This document shows positions 36,141-50,999 of a DNA stretch of 53,181 nucleotides, one piece after another. Position 1 is the first letter of the stretch. Each line of letters opens with the position of its first letter. Made by a program: the position numbers and the translations under genes. The notes under the pieces are model-generated. The model searched no databases and was not told where the DNA came from. It was given only the letters and a program-made list of their open reading frames with translations. This DNA is from Parasitella parasitica NRRL 2501 (taxonomy: Eukaryota > Fungi > Mucoromycota): NCBI GenBank assembly GCA_025201805.1, contig MU619261.1, positions 8,437-61,617 of the forward strand, read 5' to 3'.

Positions 36141-39100
36141 AATTTGAAATTCTGTAACAAAGTAAAGGAAGAGAGCTAAAAAGTATTTTATATAAATATA
36201 TATATATACTTTTTTTTTTTAGAAAAAGGGAGTTATGTGTATGAGTACAACAGACTGTGTAACTATTTGATTTGCATATATTTATACGTTGCGCCGCTTT
36301 TGTTAATATGTATTTTTGATCTATGAAGTATGGCACGCAAAACTGTTACAGCAAAATTAGCAGTTGTATAATAAACAAATTTTATTAACATATGGAGTGA
36401 ATTAGCGTTGATGTATACTACTCGAATCATATGTGGTAGTATCCGGCGATTTTTGGTTTATCCCGAAATAAAACACGATGGTCAAGATATATAAATATGC
36501 TATAATCATCGCAAAATGTAGATGATGCCTAACTATATGAAGATCTAGCTTGAATACATTTTTTTTTATCTGTAATAACTGGCGATATCCAGACCTGAAG
36601 ACCTGCGTGTTGCGTGATTAAATTTGTAATATAAGCTTTCAGTTTGCTTTTGGCACTTGCGCTATTATTGATCTGCCATAATCATAGATAGGAGATCATA
36701 GCAATGTACTTCAATTGAAGATTGAAGATCGTCCAATGATGTGATGTGATACGCTTGTGTAAACTGGAGAATAAAGTATCGGTTTCAAATCAAGCAGGTT
36801 TTTTCTGTAACACAGATCTGTGCACCAGGATAAAGAATAAAGCACTGTCAAATCAAAGACATGTAGCCATTGTTGTATAACCTTATATCGTACCCTGTCA
36901 AGTAGATTGTCACTGCGAATTGGTATTGTCAATTAGTAATCTAAATAAGTCGCAATAAATTTATGCCATTGTAAAAAGTATAAACAGCAGATGCAATTTC
37001 GATCTTTAATAAAGTATCTTTAAGTTTTTGTATCTCGTTTACCTTTGATTTTATTATCTTTTATTTATCCAAAAAATAGTTATGAGCAAATATCTGATAT
37101 TTATGATAAATATTGAAAAATAAAACTGTTTTTGCAGATAACTTTTGATAGAGACATCGCCCAGTGGAAACCAAGGTATGCTCAGATAGCGATGATCATG
37201 CCTGTTCTTATGGCGCATACGACAATGTTTATTTTGCTCTTTATCAAAGTCTATCATTGATTATACTGTGATGAAGTACAATTATCTAGTAGTAAGGGTA
37301 GAATGATGTACTATGTTAATGGACGGTTGGTGTATCTAATTATTCACATTGCTATCAGGGTTATTAATTACTATATAATATATGTAGATATTATTGGACA
37401 AGAAGTAATTGACAGCAATGCGGCGATGTTTATATGAACTATAAACTTATATGTAAACAACGATCGGTAGTGACAGATCAGGTTTTCAGTGATAAGGATG
37501 ATTTATAGATAATAGATTTGCTAGTATATGAGAAATGTTTATGGTAATAAACTATAGTAGCTATTACAGATATTTTCACTAGCGTTCCAATATCTGGTAA
37601 AGGTTGAACTTATTTATAACAATTGGATGTTCATGTAAAATGAGACATCATGTAATGTGAATCATTACAGTACACTGTCAGATCAAAGATCAATAGCCTT
37701 GTAGTATAATAATACATCGTACACTATTAAGGATATGATGTTGCTTGCAAATTACTCTTATCGCTTAGTATCGACTAGTATTTTAAATAAGTCACCAAAA
37801 ATTTATGTAGTTAGTTGTAAAAAGTATAAATAGCAGATGCAAAGTTGAATCTTTAATAAGGTAATCTCAAGTTTTCGTAACTCGTTAATTCAAGGTTTTA
37901 TTTTCTACTTTTCTGATTTTCGATTTTGCAGATCTCAACACTTGGTATATGCTACGAGCTTACGCCGTATAAGATCTATGCTTCAGCAGATCTGTATTCT
38001 CAGTTTCCAGATACACACTACAAGACATATATTTATATTTCCATAATACCAGTTACAAATACATTATGTACTACAGACTTGTACAATATGTGCAATGCAA
38101 TAGATATATGCTCATGACATGCTATAGACATGCTACATATACCTATATATGCTAAGATGAATACCATGTGATATACACTCAGACATCATGCGCTATGAAT
38201 CTAGACTAAATAAGATTATACTAGAAATGATGTACGCTTATGGATTAATTTTAATAGTCTTCATATGGAAGATTGATCGGAGTACCTCGGGTAAAGTCTA
38301 TCTACTCACTCAGATAGATCTAAGTTATCTTTAGTCTGCTGAGATGTCGATTAGTACAAACTTACAATGCTATGATAATTAATCAGAATTGTCGTATACG
38401 TTAAATTACGAGAGTAGAACATTAACCCATAGCTCAAGTATATAAAGGTTCATCTACCTGACCACTAGATGAACTGGAGCTTTATACACTGTCGATTTAA
38501 TAATACAATTTATATCTTTATCAAGCTGACATTTATTGTTTTTTTATTTAGTGAATATTATACCAATCCCACAACATGATCAACTGAAACATGTTCCTAA
38601 ATTGTGTTCAGTATTTACTCTATTTAAATTTTGTCTTCTAGTTGGGAAATTGACATATCAAAGTTGCACTAAAATAATTTTTGAAGCCATATTACACTAC
38701 ATCTTCACTATCACACATATTATGACATTTTTCAAGTTACTTATTGAGTTCGTACTTTGTTTTTCAATTAAAATCAGCAGGTGTATAGCTACAAACATAA
38801 ACAGCAGTGTTGCCATTGATTCTATAACCAAGCATGATATTTTTACTGCTGAATATCTCAAGAAAGTAATATATGAATCGCATTGTAGCTACCAAGTAAT
38901 GAATCATGAATCAAAGCTCATAAATTAAAAAACTATGCGAATTTATTTTTCAGTTCTTGTTTCGGGAGCAGATACAAAATCACTACCTTATTTTTATTTT
39001 GTTTTATACAATAGTAGTAGCAACTACAAGTTATCAAAATATTGTCTTGACTAAAATTGACCTTTGTAATAAATTTCATCAACCAGCTTGCTGACAGCCG

Positions 39101-39793
39101 AAAAATAAAAGCATTTTCTCTTAGACATTTTTCACCTTGTTTTGGTAAAAGACTCTGTTTGGATTATCATTTAATAATGTGCCTTTGTGGAATATAAAAT
39201 TGTTCGTAAATGCTGTGAATACAATGGAAAATCAACAGCTGTAGTGAATACAGTCCTCCATTACTACGCAAATCAAAAATGCTCCTATTGTACCATAACT
39301 ATTCATAAATTACTAATTTGCTATTTAATATGTGGAATAGTAACAAATCCAAATTGAAGATCTAAATAACGGAATTAGAGGTGCCGTTAGCCGAGATTTG
39401 TTGGCGCGCACTCTCGCATTTACTTTTGATCATTACGACGATCCTTCTTTATTTAGAAGTAGCTTACGTTTTTCGCATTAATTCGAAGTTAACGTTTAGA
39501 AAGAATATAATTTTTTTGAAAGCATAATGTTGTCTATAAAGTAGACGTGTATACACTCTTCTAAAAAAATAAAGATTTCTCATTATTTAAACTAGTTGGA
39601 CCGACAATTGAAGATTTTATTTTGTTGGTTTATGTCACTTCCGAATCACTTACGTTCAATTTACCTAGTTTCCCGTTTAAAGGAATAAAAGCTGTCAGAA
39701 CTGTTTCAGTCAGCCTAGAAAGCGTATAAAAAGAAACTCAAAAGCGCAAGTTTCTCCTCATTTGTTAATCGACTCGCTTTTTTTCTATACAAA

Positions 39794-40675
39794 ATGTCTA
39801 CTGACAGAGTATTTGTTATTGGCGGTACTGGTAACATTGGTGTTAAAGCTGTGAATGATCTTGTCCATAACAAGGTTCCCGTTACTTTATATGCTCGTAG
39901 TCTCGAAAAGGTGGCCTCGCTATTCTCTCATGCTGGAGACTTGGTTAATGTAGTTCAAGGTGATTTCCAAGATTTATCTCCTATCAAAGAAGGTATTAAA
40001 GGCCACACCCGTCTCCTTTTGTTGGTTGCCGACTTTAATGGCTTTGCGAATATAAAGAAAACTATTGCAACGTATGCATACGAAGCTGGAGTGCAACAAG
40101 TGGTCGATATTTCCTCTTTTACTGTGAATATGGGCTGGAGATCAAGCTTTATTGGCACCCAACACTACTATGGCGAAAAGGCTATCTTTGACATCCCTAA
40201 TCGAGGTTATTTAGTGGCTCTCCGCCCTGGTCGCTTCATGTCTAATCACTTGCATATGGTACGCCCTATTGCAGACAATGGTCTTTACGACAATGCTGAC
40301 CCTGAGTCTCGACAAGGATTCATCTCCACAAACGATATCGGCGCTGTTGCTGCTGTTGTCTTGCGTGAAGATGTCAGGAAGCACGGTGATGCTGTCTACA
40401 AATTGACAGGTGATATTGTTACTTCTGTGGAGCGTGCTGCCATTCTATCTCAGGTGACTGGAAAGAATATCAAGTACATTCAGGTATCTTCAGTTCAAAA
40501 GTACAACAAAATGATGGAATCAGGCAAATTTCCTCATATCCTTGCAATGGATTTATGCGATAATTTGGAAGGTGTTGAAGATGACAAGGTCACTCCTTCG
40601 ATTGAAATTTTGCTTGGCAGAAAGCCTGAAACCCTTGCAGAATATCTTCATGCCAACAAGAACAGCATTGAATAG
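39794..40675 (+). CDS. NmrA-like NAD(P)-binding atypical SDR protein, intronless
   Basis: VFVIGGTGNIG; VVQGDF; LRPGRFMSN; ISTNDIGAVAAVVL. Confidence 0.88.
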   Translation: MSTDRVFVIGGTGNIGVKAVNDLVHNKVPVTLYARSLEKVASLFSHAGDLVNVVQGDFQDLSPIKEGIKGHTRLLLLVADFNGFANIKKTIATYAYEAGVQQVVDISSFTVNMGWRSSFIGTQHYYGEKAIFDIPNRGYLVALRPGRFMSNHLHMVRPIADNGLYDNADPESRQGFISTNDIGAVAAVVLREDVRKHGDAVYKLTGDIVTSVERAAILSQVTGKNIKYIQVSSVQKYNKMMESGKFPHILAMDLCDNLEGVEDDKVTPSIEILLGRKPETLAEYLHANKNSIE

Positions 40676-41280
40676 GTTTGCTTATAGTTGAATGAAATCG
40701 AATAAAACGTCTTTTCTAGTTTCTTGCCCTTGAAGGCCAAATAATTCGTTTTAATACAGCTATCATGATGCGTAATTGGAGTTTTCAAAAAATTACTTCT
40801 TGATTATAAAATGCTGCACCGCTGGCAACAAAGCCGTCGGCAATCTCCTTCATATTCCTACCTCAAGTCATCTGAATAAATATTTACTGTGCAGCAGAAA
40901 ATGTATATGAAAGCCCTTTATATATATATATAATGCTGGTCTCGGCTAAAAAGACTGCATTTAAATGATTCAGAACCAAGGAAACTCTTTAAATGCATAA
41001 ATCTCAAAGCAAAGCTTATAGCTTGATGTCTCGATTAGCCTACAGAGGTTGTGCCATCATTAAGTCATGTCATCTCTATTAGTCATGTTGTCGTGAAAGG
41101 ATCTTATATGTACAAACAAATGTCGCACCATCTGCTAATTCTATGTAATGATAGTGATAAAAATACGTCATGAGGGGTGGAATATCAAGTGTTTCTTGTT
41201 TTGTGTGTGTACAATTTTTAAAAAAAACTCCTGTTGAGTTTTTATCTCTTCCACCCTTTCTTCTACTATTCTTGTTGAGG

Positions 41281-44200
41281 ATGGAAGCGAGTATATTCTC
41301 ACCGAGTTTAATCAAAGGCTTAACAGACAAAATATATGATAGACGGAAAGCAGCTGCCCTGGAGATCGAGAGGTGAGTCGTAAAAGGGGTAATCATGACA
41401 ACGGTTTTGAAAGCTGAATTCTTAATATCCAGGCTTGTACGTGAAAACGAAGACTCGAATGAGAGAATCACTCAGATAGTGGATGCGCTGGTACAGGAGT
41501 TTGTCTACTCAAATAATCCTTATGCTCGTTATGGTGGTTTGATTGGATTAGCCGCGACATCAATAGCGCTTGGTCCTGTAAGTAACTCTATATAGATGTA
41601 ATTTTTGACACCTATACTCATGGATTTATGAAAGGGTGTTTCAAAGTATCTCGATATTATTGTACCGCCTATTCTGTCATGTTTTAGCAATCAAGATCAA
41701 AAAGTTCGCTACTATGCCTGTGAGAGCATGTATAACATTGCCAAGGTCGCAAAAGGCGAGGTATTGCGCTACTTTAATAGTACATTTGACGCTTTATGCA
41801 AGGTAAGCAGACTTTAAGAGCAGTATGACGATAGAAACATCGTTAACCGGGTGTGTTAGCTATCTGCCGATTCAGAGATTAGTGTCAAAAATGGTGCGGA
41901 ATTGCTCGATCGACTAATCAAGGATATTGTGTCAGAGCTGTCAACAACCTACGTATCACCCTACAGCGAACCTTATAACTTAATCGAAGCAGGTGGCAAT
42001 AAATTAGATACACCCTCTTCGTTACCACGCAACACAGCATTTTCTCTGCCTCGATTTATACCTTTGCTCAGCCAACGTATCTATGTCCGTAATTCAGCTG
42101 CAAGACAGTTTTTAGTATCTTGGATGTGCGTCCTGGATTCCATTCCTGACCTCGAATTGATCTCATTCCTGCCCGAATTCTTGGATGGCTTGATCAGATG
42201 TCTAAACGATGTGAGCGAGGACGTGAGAGTAGCTGCAAGTGGGCTACTACAAGATTTCTTAAACGAAATCAAAGAAGCAGCTGCCGCCCGCGCTATACAA
42301 ATAAAACATAAGCAACATAAACAATTTTTTAGCAAAGAAAAGGACAAAAAATCGGCAGAGAAGGCTACTTGTAACGAAGAAAATAGTGCTGGAACAGACC
42401 CAGACACAAAAGCGGAAGAAGCAGCGGAAGAAGCAGCAGAAGCAGCAGCAGAAGCAACACCAGAAGCAACATCAGAAGCAACAGCAGAATCAACAACAAA
42501 GACAACAACAGAAGCAGCAGCAGAAGAAACAGCAGCAGCAGCAGAAGAAGAAGCAGAAGAAGCAGTCGAAGAAAAGGAAAGGTTGATCAAAGAAGCGGGA
42601 GAAGAGAATGACAATGAAAACGATGAAAAAGACAAGACATCCATTGTCGATTCAGAAAATGATGGCCATGGAAAAGGCACCTATGTTCCCGGCCAAGGTG
42701 TTATTGTACAATACGGAAAGATAGTTGAGATTCTTGTGCCTCATCTTTCTTCTTCGGAGGAGGACATCCAAAAGACAGCATTATTATGGATCAATGCATT
42801 CATTGAAATCGCTCAAGATGTGATTATCCAATATACCCCTGAAATTATCAAGGCAGTTCTACCGTCCCTTGCTCATCCAGTGACACCCATTCGAGTCATT
42901 GCGCTTGAAACCAACCAAAACTTACAGCGGCTTGTGTTGGAAACACCTATACATTCAACACCTCCTGAGCCTACTACGAGCAAGAGTGACCCATCTGGTG
43001 GTGGCGGACAAAGTGTTGGTAGCGGTGGTGCTGGTTCGAACAAAAAACCAATCATGCTTTCAGCTATCACCAATTCAGCGACAATGATAGCGGCACAAGA
43101 TCCTTTTGATTACCAGGCAACAGTGGCGAATTTGAGATTGCAGTTCCTTAACCAAAACGAGGAGACTCGAGTTGCTAGTCTCGATTGGCTGTTGATGCTT
43201 CACAAAAAGGCGCCCAACAAAATACTGGCTTCAGATGACGGTACGTTCCCTGCACTTCTCAAGACTCTTTCGGATCCCTCTGAAGATGTGGTGCGTCGTG
43301 ATCTGCAGCTGCTAGCACAGATTTCTTCCTATTCGGACCATGATTATTTCAGAAGCTTCATCATGTCTCTATTGTCTCTGTTTAGTACAGATAGACGCTT
43401 GCTGGAAACTAGAGGAAGCTTAATTATTCGACAGCTGTGCATGAGTTTGGACCCAGAACGCATTTACTGTGCTATTGCAGATATTTTGGAGCAAGATGAA
43501 GACTTGGAATTTGCTAGCATCATGATCCAAAATCTGAACATCATACTGATCACTTCATCCGAGTTGGCTGATCTGAGAAAACGATTGAGAAATTTAGAGC
43601 ATAGAGACAACCAACGATTATTTAATGTGCTTTATCGGTCATGGTGCCATAATGCTGTGTCTGCATTTTCTTTGTGTTTGCTATCACAAGTGTATGAACA
43701 TGCAGCCAACATGCTGCAAATATTGTAAGTTGCCCTAATTGTTGCCCATGTCTTTGGCTGATGTGTGATTAGTGCTGAACTAGAGATTACGGTCAATATG
43801 TTGATACAAGTAGACAAGCTTGTTCAGCTGTTAGAATCCCCCGTATTTACATGTAAGTTTATACAAATGATTGCGGAATGGCACTTTTGCTCATATTCAA
43901 GCCAGATTTACGTCTTCAGCTTTTGGAGCCGGAAAAATATCCGTATTTATTCAAGTGTTTGTACGGTATTTTGATGCTACTACCTCAATCATCTGCATTT
44001 TCGACATTAAGAAATAGATTGAGTAGCGTATCATCGCTTGGATTTCTTCATGTCCTTCCAAAGACCTCTCCTGGCAATTCATCTACAACCACCAGTAGCA
44101 CATCAACTGATAGAAGAATCAGTAAATCTTCCACTACAAAGGTCGAAGAAATCAGCACAATCAAATACGGAGATCTACTGACGCATTTTAAATCAGTGCA

Positions 44201-44658
44201 ATCCAGACATGAAAAACAGAGGCGTCAATGTAAGTTGTGCACTTTTCGCGCGTAAATTAGTGATTTAATCTAACCAAGACAATAAAACAGCATTACAAAG
44301 CACATCGCGCGCAACCAGCTCAGCCAATGCTAGTTCTGTCAATATGGTGACGAGTGGCGTGGGGAGATCAAGAAGACCACGATTGGTGTATGGGGACGCT
44401 TCCCCTACTCAACAAACGCAGCAGCAGCAACAGCAGCAACAGCATCAAGCGTCTTCTTCACACGATAACAGGGGATTGGGTATCTCGTCTATCGCATCTA
44501 ATACCAGTAACATCGGCTCAGGTGGTATTCGCAGTGGTATGACAAGCTTAGGTTTGACTCCATCTAACAATTCGAATAATGAAAACACAACAGGCAGTGG
44601 TGTCAGTGGCAATGGGAACTCAAGATTGGCGGGAGGTAGAAGAAACCGAAGAGTTTAA
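41281..44658 (+). CDS. VAC14: Vac14 PI(3,5)P2 regulatory scaffold, multi-exon
   Basis: GLTDKIYDRRKAAALEIE; GGLIGLAATSIALG; VRYYACESMYNIAKV; LLETRGSLIIRQLC; LVQLLESPVFT; LLPQSSAFSTLRNRL. Confidence 0.95.
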
Positions 44659-44813
44659 ATAAACATTTGTAATATCATCAGGTTGTCTTGTAACGGTTAC
44701 ATAGAGGATTCCGTATATATAAAGTTTTGTGTTGTTTAAATATTTGGTATACTTGCCAGTAACTTTAGATGTTAACCTTAATTTGTATAAAGGATCTTTG
44801 ACTACGGCGAATG

Positions 44814-47800
44814 TCAACCATTGACGTTCGGGTAACTCTTTCTGTTACTTTGTTTCTGTTGGTTTAGAACCATCAATCGAAGTTGATGTTCAAGCTCACT
44901 ACACATATAATTAGTGCACTGTTATTGAATAGAACGATAGCCCCTTACATTGCTCGAAGTTGCCAATGGTTTCTCTCTCGTAATGTGAATTCGAGCTTTC
45001 TCTGTATCTGTACATCTGGAGATGGATGAGCTGGTCTTTCTATCTTATTTTGCTTGTACATATTTGCTAATTGCTCGAGTTCAGAGTTGTATTTCTATAT
45101 GTAGGGTATATAATATTAATAGCTGATATCAATAATGCAACTGAATCAACTTACATCGCATACTGTGCCCAGTTCAGAGACTGAATCATCTAAATCTGCT
45201 TTGAGCATGTCAATCTCCTCTTCTTTCTGTTGTTTATAGAGTTTTAGGTGTATGCACAAAAGGTTACACTTTTTTTCTGCACATGAACCAAACCTTTTGA
45301 AGCAGACAGGTCAGTATCCTCACTGTTTTGTTTCTTTCCTCCAGTTCTGATTCTGAAAAAGATTTGTTACATGCAGCAGAATCAGCACTGGTAGAATGAA
45401 GGTTCAGTTCTTTGGTACTCTTTGCGGCAATAGGTATAATCATATCAGATAATGGTCTAAGAGATGGCGCTCTTGTATTATTTACGAGCCTTTGGTGATA
45501 CGGCCCTTGTTCTTGCAATTGATAGTGAGGTACAAAGTTGTCAAGTGTAGATATAGTAGAGCTAGCCTGGCTTTGCAATGTAGAGAATCCACTCCCTGGC
45601 TCTGTCATAGCTGGTGTAGGTTCACGGACACTGAGAGGAGACCTTGAGCGACTTGATTGCAAATGATCGAATTTATTGTTGTTGTTGGTAAAAATGAAAT
45701 GTGATCTTTCAGGCACTCGCTTGTTGGTAGCAACAGACTGTATAAACGCATAATACACAGTAATTAGATATACTGAATAGCATAATGTAAATTTAATATA
45801 TATATATATATATATATATACCTGAATTTCATACGAGGCAGTGCGGCTGGGATGAAAGCTTGGCTGTATAGTAAGAATTCATCAATATCATTAATAGTTG
45901 CTGTGCATGAGCAAATTCTTACACTAAAATAACGCTGCCGATTATTGCTTGTAGATAATTCACTGCTTTGTGCTGATATGTCTTTAGGGGCTAGTAATTG
46001 CAATGCCAATGTTGATTCATGATTATGTTGCGATTTTCTAGAGCTGCTGCTATCTGTTGACGATGCTGACGATGAGTTGTGGTAGGCCGTGCTGTTTAAA
46101 GTCTCCAATCCCAGAACGTATTCGCTGTAAGCAGTCTTTGTCCGCGGTTTTATCGATGTCGAGCTAGGCATAGGAGAAGAAGCCGATGGAGTGCTAATAA
46201 ATGTTGGTGGGCCACCGCTGCTACTATCACTCCGTGCATGGCCTAATTTCTCCTTTTGCAATGATTTATTGGCAGGATTCGCAAGTGCAGCGAACAGCTT
46301 AAACGTTGATTTGCTCTTTTTGCGAACCAAATCTTGCTTTATCATTGAAAATCGACTATTTGAGCTGGTTGCTATCGGTGTAGGGGGTCGTGGAGTCGCA
46401 AGTGTTGTTGCCTCTGTGCTTGCTGCCGATCGTATTGATTTTGCTAAATCACGATCAAACGCAACCACTATGTCAAGTATGAGATTTTGCTCAGCAGCTG
46501 CAATAAATACTTACAGTTACCAAACAATTGGTTTTGTGCACTTTGTAATTGATGTGCGTCGTTGGATCGAAATGTCAGCAAGGATATTTCGTCATTCAAT
46601 GTGTTGCCAACAGCGCATTTACTACGGACAGCAAATCGATAATTGTCGTCTTTATCGTGAGGGACAATAAAGCCTACCATGCTGGGTGTTACAAAGCAGT
46701 TGCTTAGAATAGCTTCTATATTGATTGTATTTCTTTCAATATAAAATAAAGCAATTTCATTCTTTGATTTTTATTATTAAGCTTCTTTTGCGTACGATTG
46801 TATACGACAATTCATGTCATTGTAAATACCCTCTTACCTTATTCATGACTTGGTGATACTTTGAAGTTGGGTATATATTTGCGTAGAAATGGTGCTGGTT
46901 CCATTGACAGTAAGTGGATTGAATAAGCTCAACTGACCGATGATTAGTTATTTGATACAGACGTGTATATTCCTACAATGCGAGACTTACCACACTGCTT
47001 CATGTTGTTTTTGCATCTACCAAATTGATAAATAAAATGCCGCTTGATCCTGTCCATTTCTTGGAATTGCTCTCTATTGATGCTATTTCCGCCGCCTGTC
47101 TGATTCAATTGAAAACAATGCTTTTGTTGGTCATGCTGAAAATATGCCTCCAAAGACTTTTGTGTAGTTTGATCTGTATCAGGAGAGGAGATGAACGAAC
47201 CAAGGTTATTGCACACCAATGCAAAATTGTCTATAATATAGTTTGATTTAGGGAAACCTTTTCGTTTCAATATGCACGCATAAGTAGTCGTTGCTATGTA
47301 CCTGGAGATGCATCATAAATGTCAATATCGTTAACACTGGCCCAGCCAATAAACTTCATTTTTCCTGCGATGACTTCTTTGCGAATACAGAAATTGTTTC
47401 GTTCAGAATTTTCGTACATCCGCTGGCCTAATCCGCATAGATCCAGACCGTCTGCTTCATAAGATGGGCGTTTTACAACCATGATTTTATCTGAAAATAA
47501 AAACAAAGTTACTGGTTGCATAGGCCTAAATGTAGTTGGATCCAATTCGATTGTATCTAGATACCCCACCAAACGACGCTGAAAGCTGATCAAGGATTCC
47601 TATCGAGGGCACTTTGTTAGCATCAACCATTTTAATTTCTTGTCACAAACTTACTGGGCAATATTGAATAGCCTGCAAAAGACGGCGAAATACCTTCATT
47701 AGTTGCGTATGGATTTCTTCTGTCATGCTTGCTATTTCTTCAGCTTTCAAAAGAGAGCCATGCAATCCTGGTAAATCTGGATGATCGTCAGTGGTGTGCT

Positions 47801-48908
47801 TCATTAGCTCTGTATAGTATGCGAAATGAGTGTGTGGGATTTAATATCAATGACATAGCAATAGAGATACCCTTAAAATACATGGTATATCTTCCTACTC
47901 TCTGACTTGGCAATGCTAAATAATCGTACACTGTTTGATTTCCATTGCTCTGCCCGTCAATCGCTTTTTCTATGAAATGAAAGTAGCTTGGAACCTTCAT
48001 TTGCTTTTCGTTAATTATCTGTGCATTATTGACGCCTAACAGAAACTTGTTGTAGCATGTAAACCTGTGCATCTATTACAGATATGAGTAGAGGAACACT
48101 GGATGTGATGTTTGGCAGTGAATTACATGAAATAAACACAAATCACCCAGGCTTTCTTTTGTGGGATCGTATTGTATAAGATCATTGTAGAAATCCTCTG
48201 TTACCTGGACTAATTCATCAATATTCATGAATATATTTGCACACTCGTACTGCCCAATAATAGCTGTTTGCCTATCCTTGGCCCTTTGTCGAAGTGGTTC
48301 AACTATCAACTATTGTGTACAGATAATCTCTTTTAGGTTTATTTTCCATGGGTCGTGCATAATGACAACTTACGGAAACAAATGTTTTCAAGGTCGATAA
48401 ATAATTAGCTTCTGTTGTGATGAATTCTTCTAAAAGATGTCTTCTTCTTTCGTTGTTCTAGGCGAAGACAAGTCAGACTTGAATGCTATTTTCACCTACA
48501 TCTTTTTTTTTTTTCTGATCCATACCTTGACAAACTCCCTCTTTCGTGGTATAGATGGTGCAACATGGTAATGAATGGTAGACGGCGATGTAATGATTTT
48601 TTTGAATTGTTCATAGAGCCTGGAGTGTTTCCCTATTTTAATGTTTATTTAATTATCGTTGTTTATATGTATGATGGTTGAGGCACCTGAACTATTATCT
48701 GCTTTTAGATCGTGTACTAAAATATCATAATAGTGGCACTGTTTTCGAGAAATATTAAAATGTTGTACATTCAAAATAAAAGAAAACACACACATACCAC
48801 AGACCCAGAGTGTAAAGGCGTTTTTTGCTGGCTGCTGTTGTGATTATCGATTAATTGTCGAGAGTAAATGTAGCCAATACTATCGAGACTAATGTCAAGT
48901 TGCTGCAT
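44814..48908 (-). CDS. Dbl-homology (RhoGEF) + PH domain protein, multi-exon; 5' end uncertain
   Basis: RRHLLEEFITTEANYLSTLK; IFMNIDELV; YLALPSQRVGRY; PH-like LFLFSDKIMVVKR; Ser-rich region and C-terminal coiled coil. Confidence 0.8.
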
Positions 48909-50999
48909 AATTAGGACAAGGAGAAAAGAAGAAGCGAAAGGAAGAAATGAAAAGAAAACTAGCATCTTTACATGTAAGGATGGGCTAGGACTGTGTGTAA
49001 TCTCAGTCATTTCGATTGCTGATCATGGCACACGAGCTTAGAGAGCGGTACCGAGATTATTATAGAGCAAATCAGGCTGTTGTGCCTGTCAATTTTGTCA
49101 CACTTGTTATACCCTTAATCGTGTACGAGCGCAAAAAAGCAAACAAGGAAAGCATTTGTTGCTCCGAGCTAAACTATTGAATGCTTTGCAAAGATGAGAA
49201 TTAAGGTTGAGGTAACCTAGTGTAGCAATAGAAATATTTAGCGTTATATGAATCAAGACTCTTGAATTCAGTATGAATATGGCGTATGGATGTTCATTCA
49301 AAACGACGTTTTCAATCAACTAGGGTAAAAATGTATGAATCTAAAATCGGTTCACCAACAAATGAAAGCTTGCATGCAAATTGTTTGGATAATCGAAATA
49401 AGAGAGTTACACCAAGCAATATAGAGCCGGAAAGATGAATCTTGACCCTCCGAGCATTTTAGGTGCTATCTTCAGTGCATTTTTGATCATTAAAGTCAAA
49501 CTTTGACCAGATTCCATCTTACTCGAAAAGTAAGAGCGCAATGCAAAGCTGTTGGTTAAAAATGAACCAAAAACAGAGAGGAGAAGCCCTAAAAAAACAC
49601 ATCGCTACATCAGACATCACTACATCAGACACGTGAATTTTTTCCACAAAGGCAACAGCAGCTAAGACGGACCGAGATTTGTCAATGTAAATTAAAGTAA
49701 ACATATAAAACGATGTTTCTTTGGGTACGGCTTATCAGCTGATTGAACTGCATGTATATATGCTTTATTTATATATGAGTAACTCAAACGTGCTGCAACT
49801 TCCTAACTTTTTGAATTTGACATCAAATGAAGAGGGGTTCTTTTTGTTCTTTCCTTTTTGTGCTCTTTCTCCATATGGCTATGGTAAAATTCGCATTTCT
49901 AATACATATTAAAAGCCAACAGCATCTGCCTGTAAATCCATAATCCCATCAGTTGATGTATCCTACTTGAAAATTTCCTTGCTGCATCAGATTTCAACGC
50001 ATTATGCATACCTTTCTGTTTACCATTTACATATGTAGTAAATGCATACCATATATGTAGTATGTATAGCCAGGTTATTTAAGAGGAAATGATATTTTCA
50101 TTTATGTCATGTATGTTATGACACATGAGCATATATGTTGCAAAAGCTTATACTATATAACTCGATCAGCTATTGTGCGTATCGAGGTATTGTGAAATAG
50201 ATGAAATATAATGTTTTTTCATATTAGTAAATGTTTCAAGCTCAAAATTGGAGCTGCTGGTTTATTATTATTGAGATTATGACTGAGCTTTGTGTCCTTG
50301 CATTGTTGTCTAGACTTTAAACATCGTGATGTATAGCGTACACTTGATAAATCTTTATTCTCAGCACGAAAACCTTATTAATATAATACACATGTATTAT
50401 CGCGACTTTGGATGGCTTTTTAGAATATTAAAAATCAATGGATCCTAACATATAGATCACTGATAGTTTCGAAGGAGTTAGTTCAGCGTCTTCTTAATAT
50501 GTGAATAATTGTTGATATGACGATGAGACTTTGTTGCATGCATATAGTGGTATTATATTTATAGAAATAGACCATGATGTTTAAAATGTACATATTTTTG
50601 GCAGTTATTACTATATACAGCTGTGGTGAAGGGGAGGTGTTTTCATTCAAAACAGGAACAGTCATTAGCGATTGGCCATACCTTCTGCTATTTCAATCAG
50701 AACAAGCAAATATAAAAAGATTTGGGATGCGCAAAAATATATTAGAAGTATATAAGGCTATTTATCGCCTGGCTCTCTTCGATATAATCGATCCTTGAAA
50801 GGATTTGCCTAGAACCTTTCAAAGTAAAAAGCAGTAAGCTTCTTGTTGCTATAGAATAAAAATTATTTTGACAGTAGAAGGATTTACATCTTGTTCAGGT
50901 TTTTTTATAGCTTGTAGCATGGCAACACTAAATGTATTTACATTCAAGACATTCAAGCTGGCGCAATCTGTAAGAAGCTCAGGACAAGATTATGATTCA

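Noticed and set aside
42081-42680. 199-aa Ser/Ala-rich antisense ORF and 66-aa Q/K-rich alternative-frame ORF in VAC14
   Set aside because: By-products of the GCA/GAA repeat expansion.
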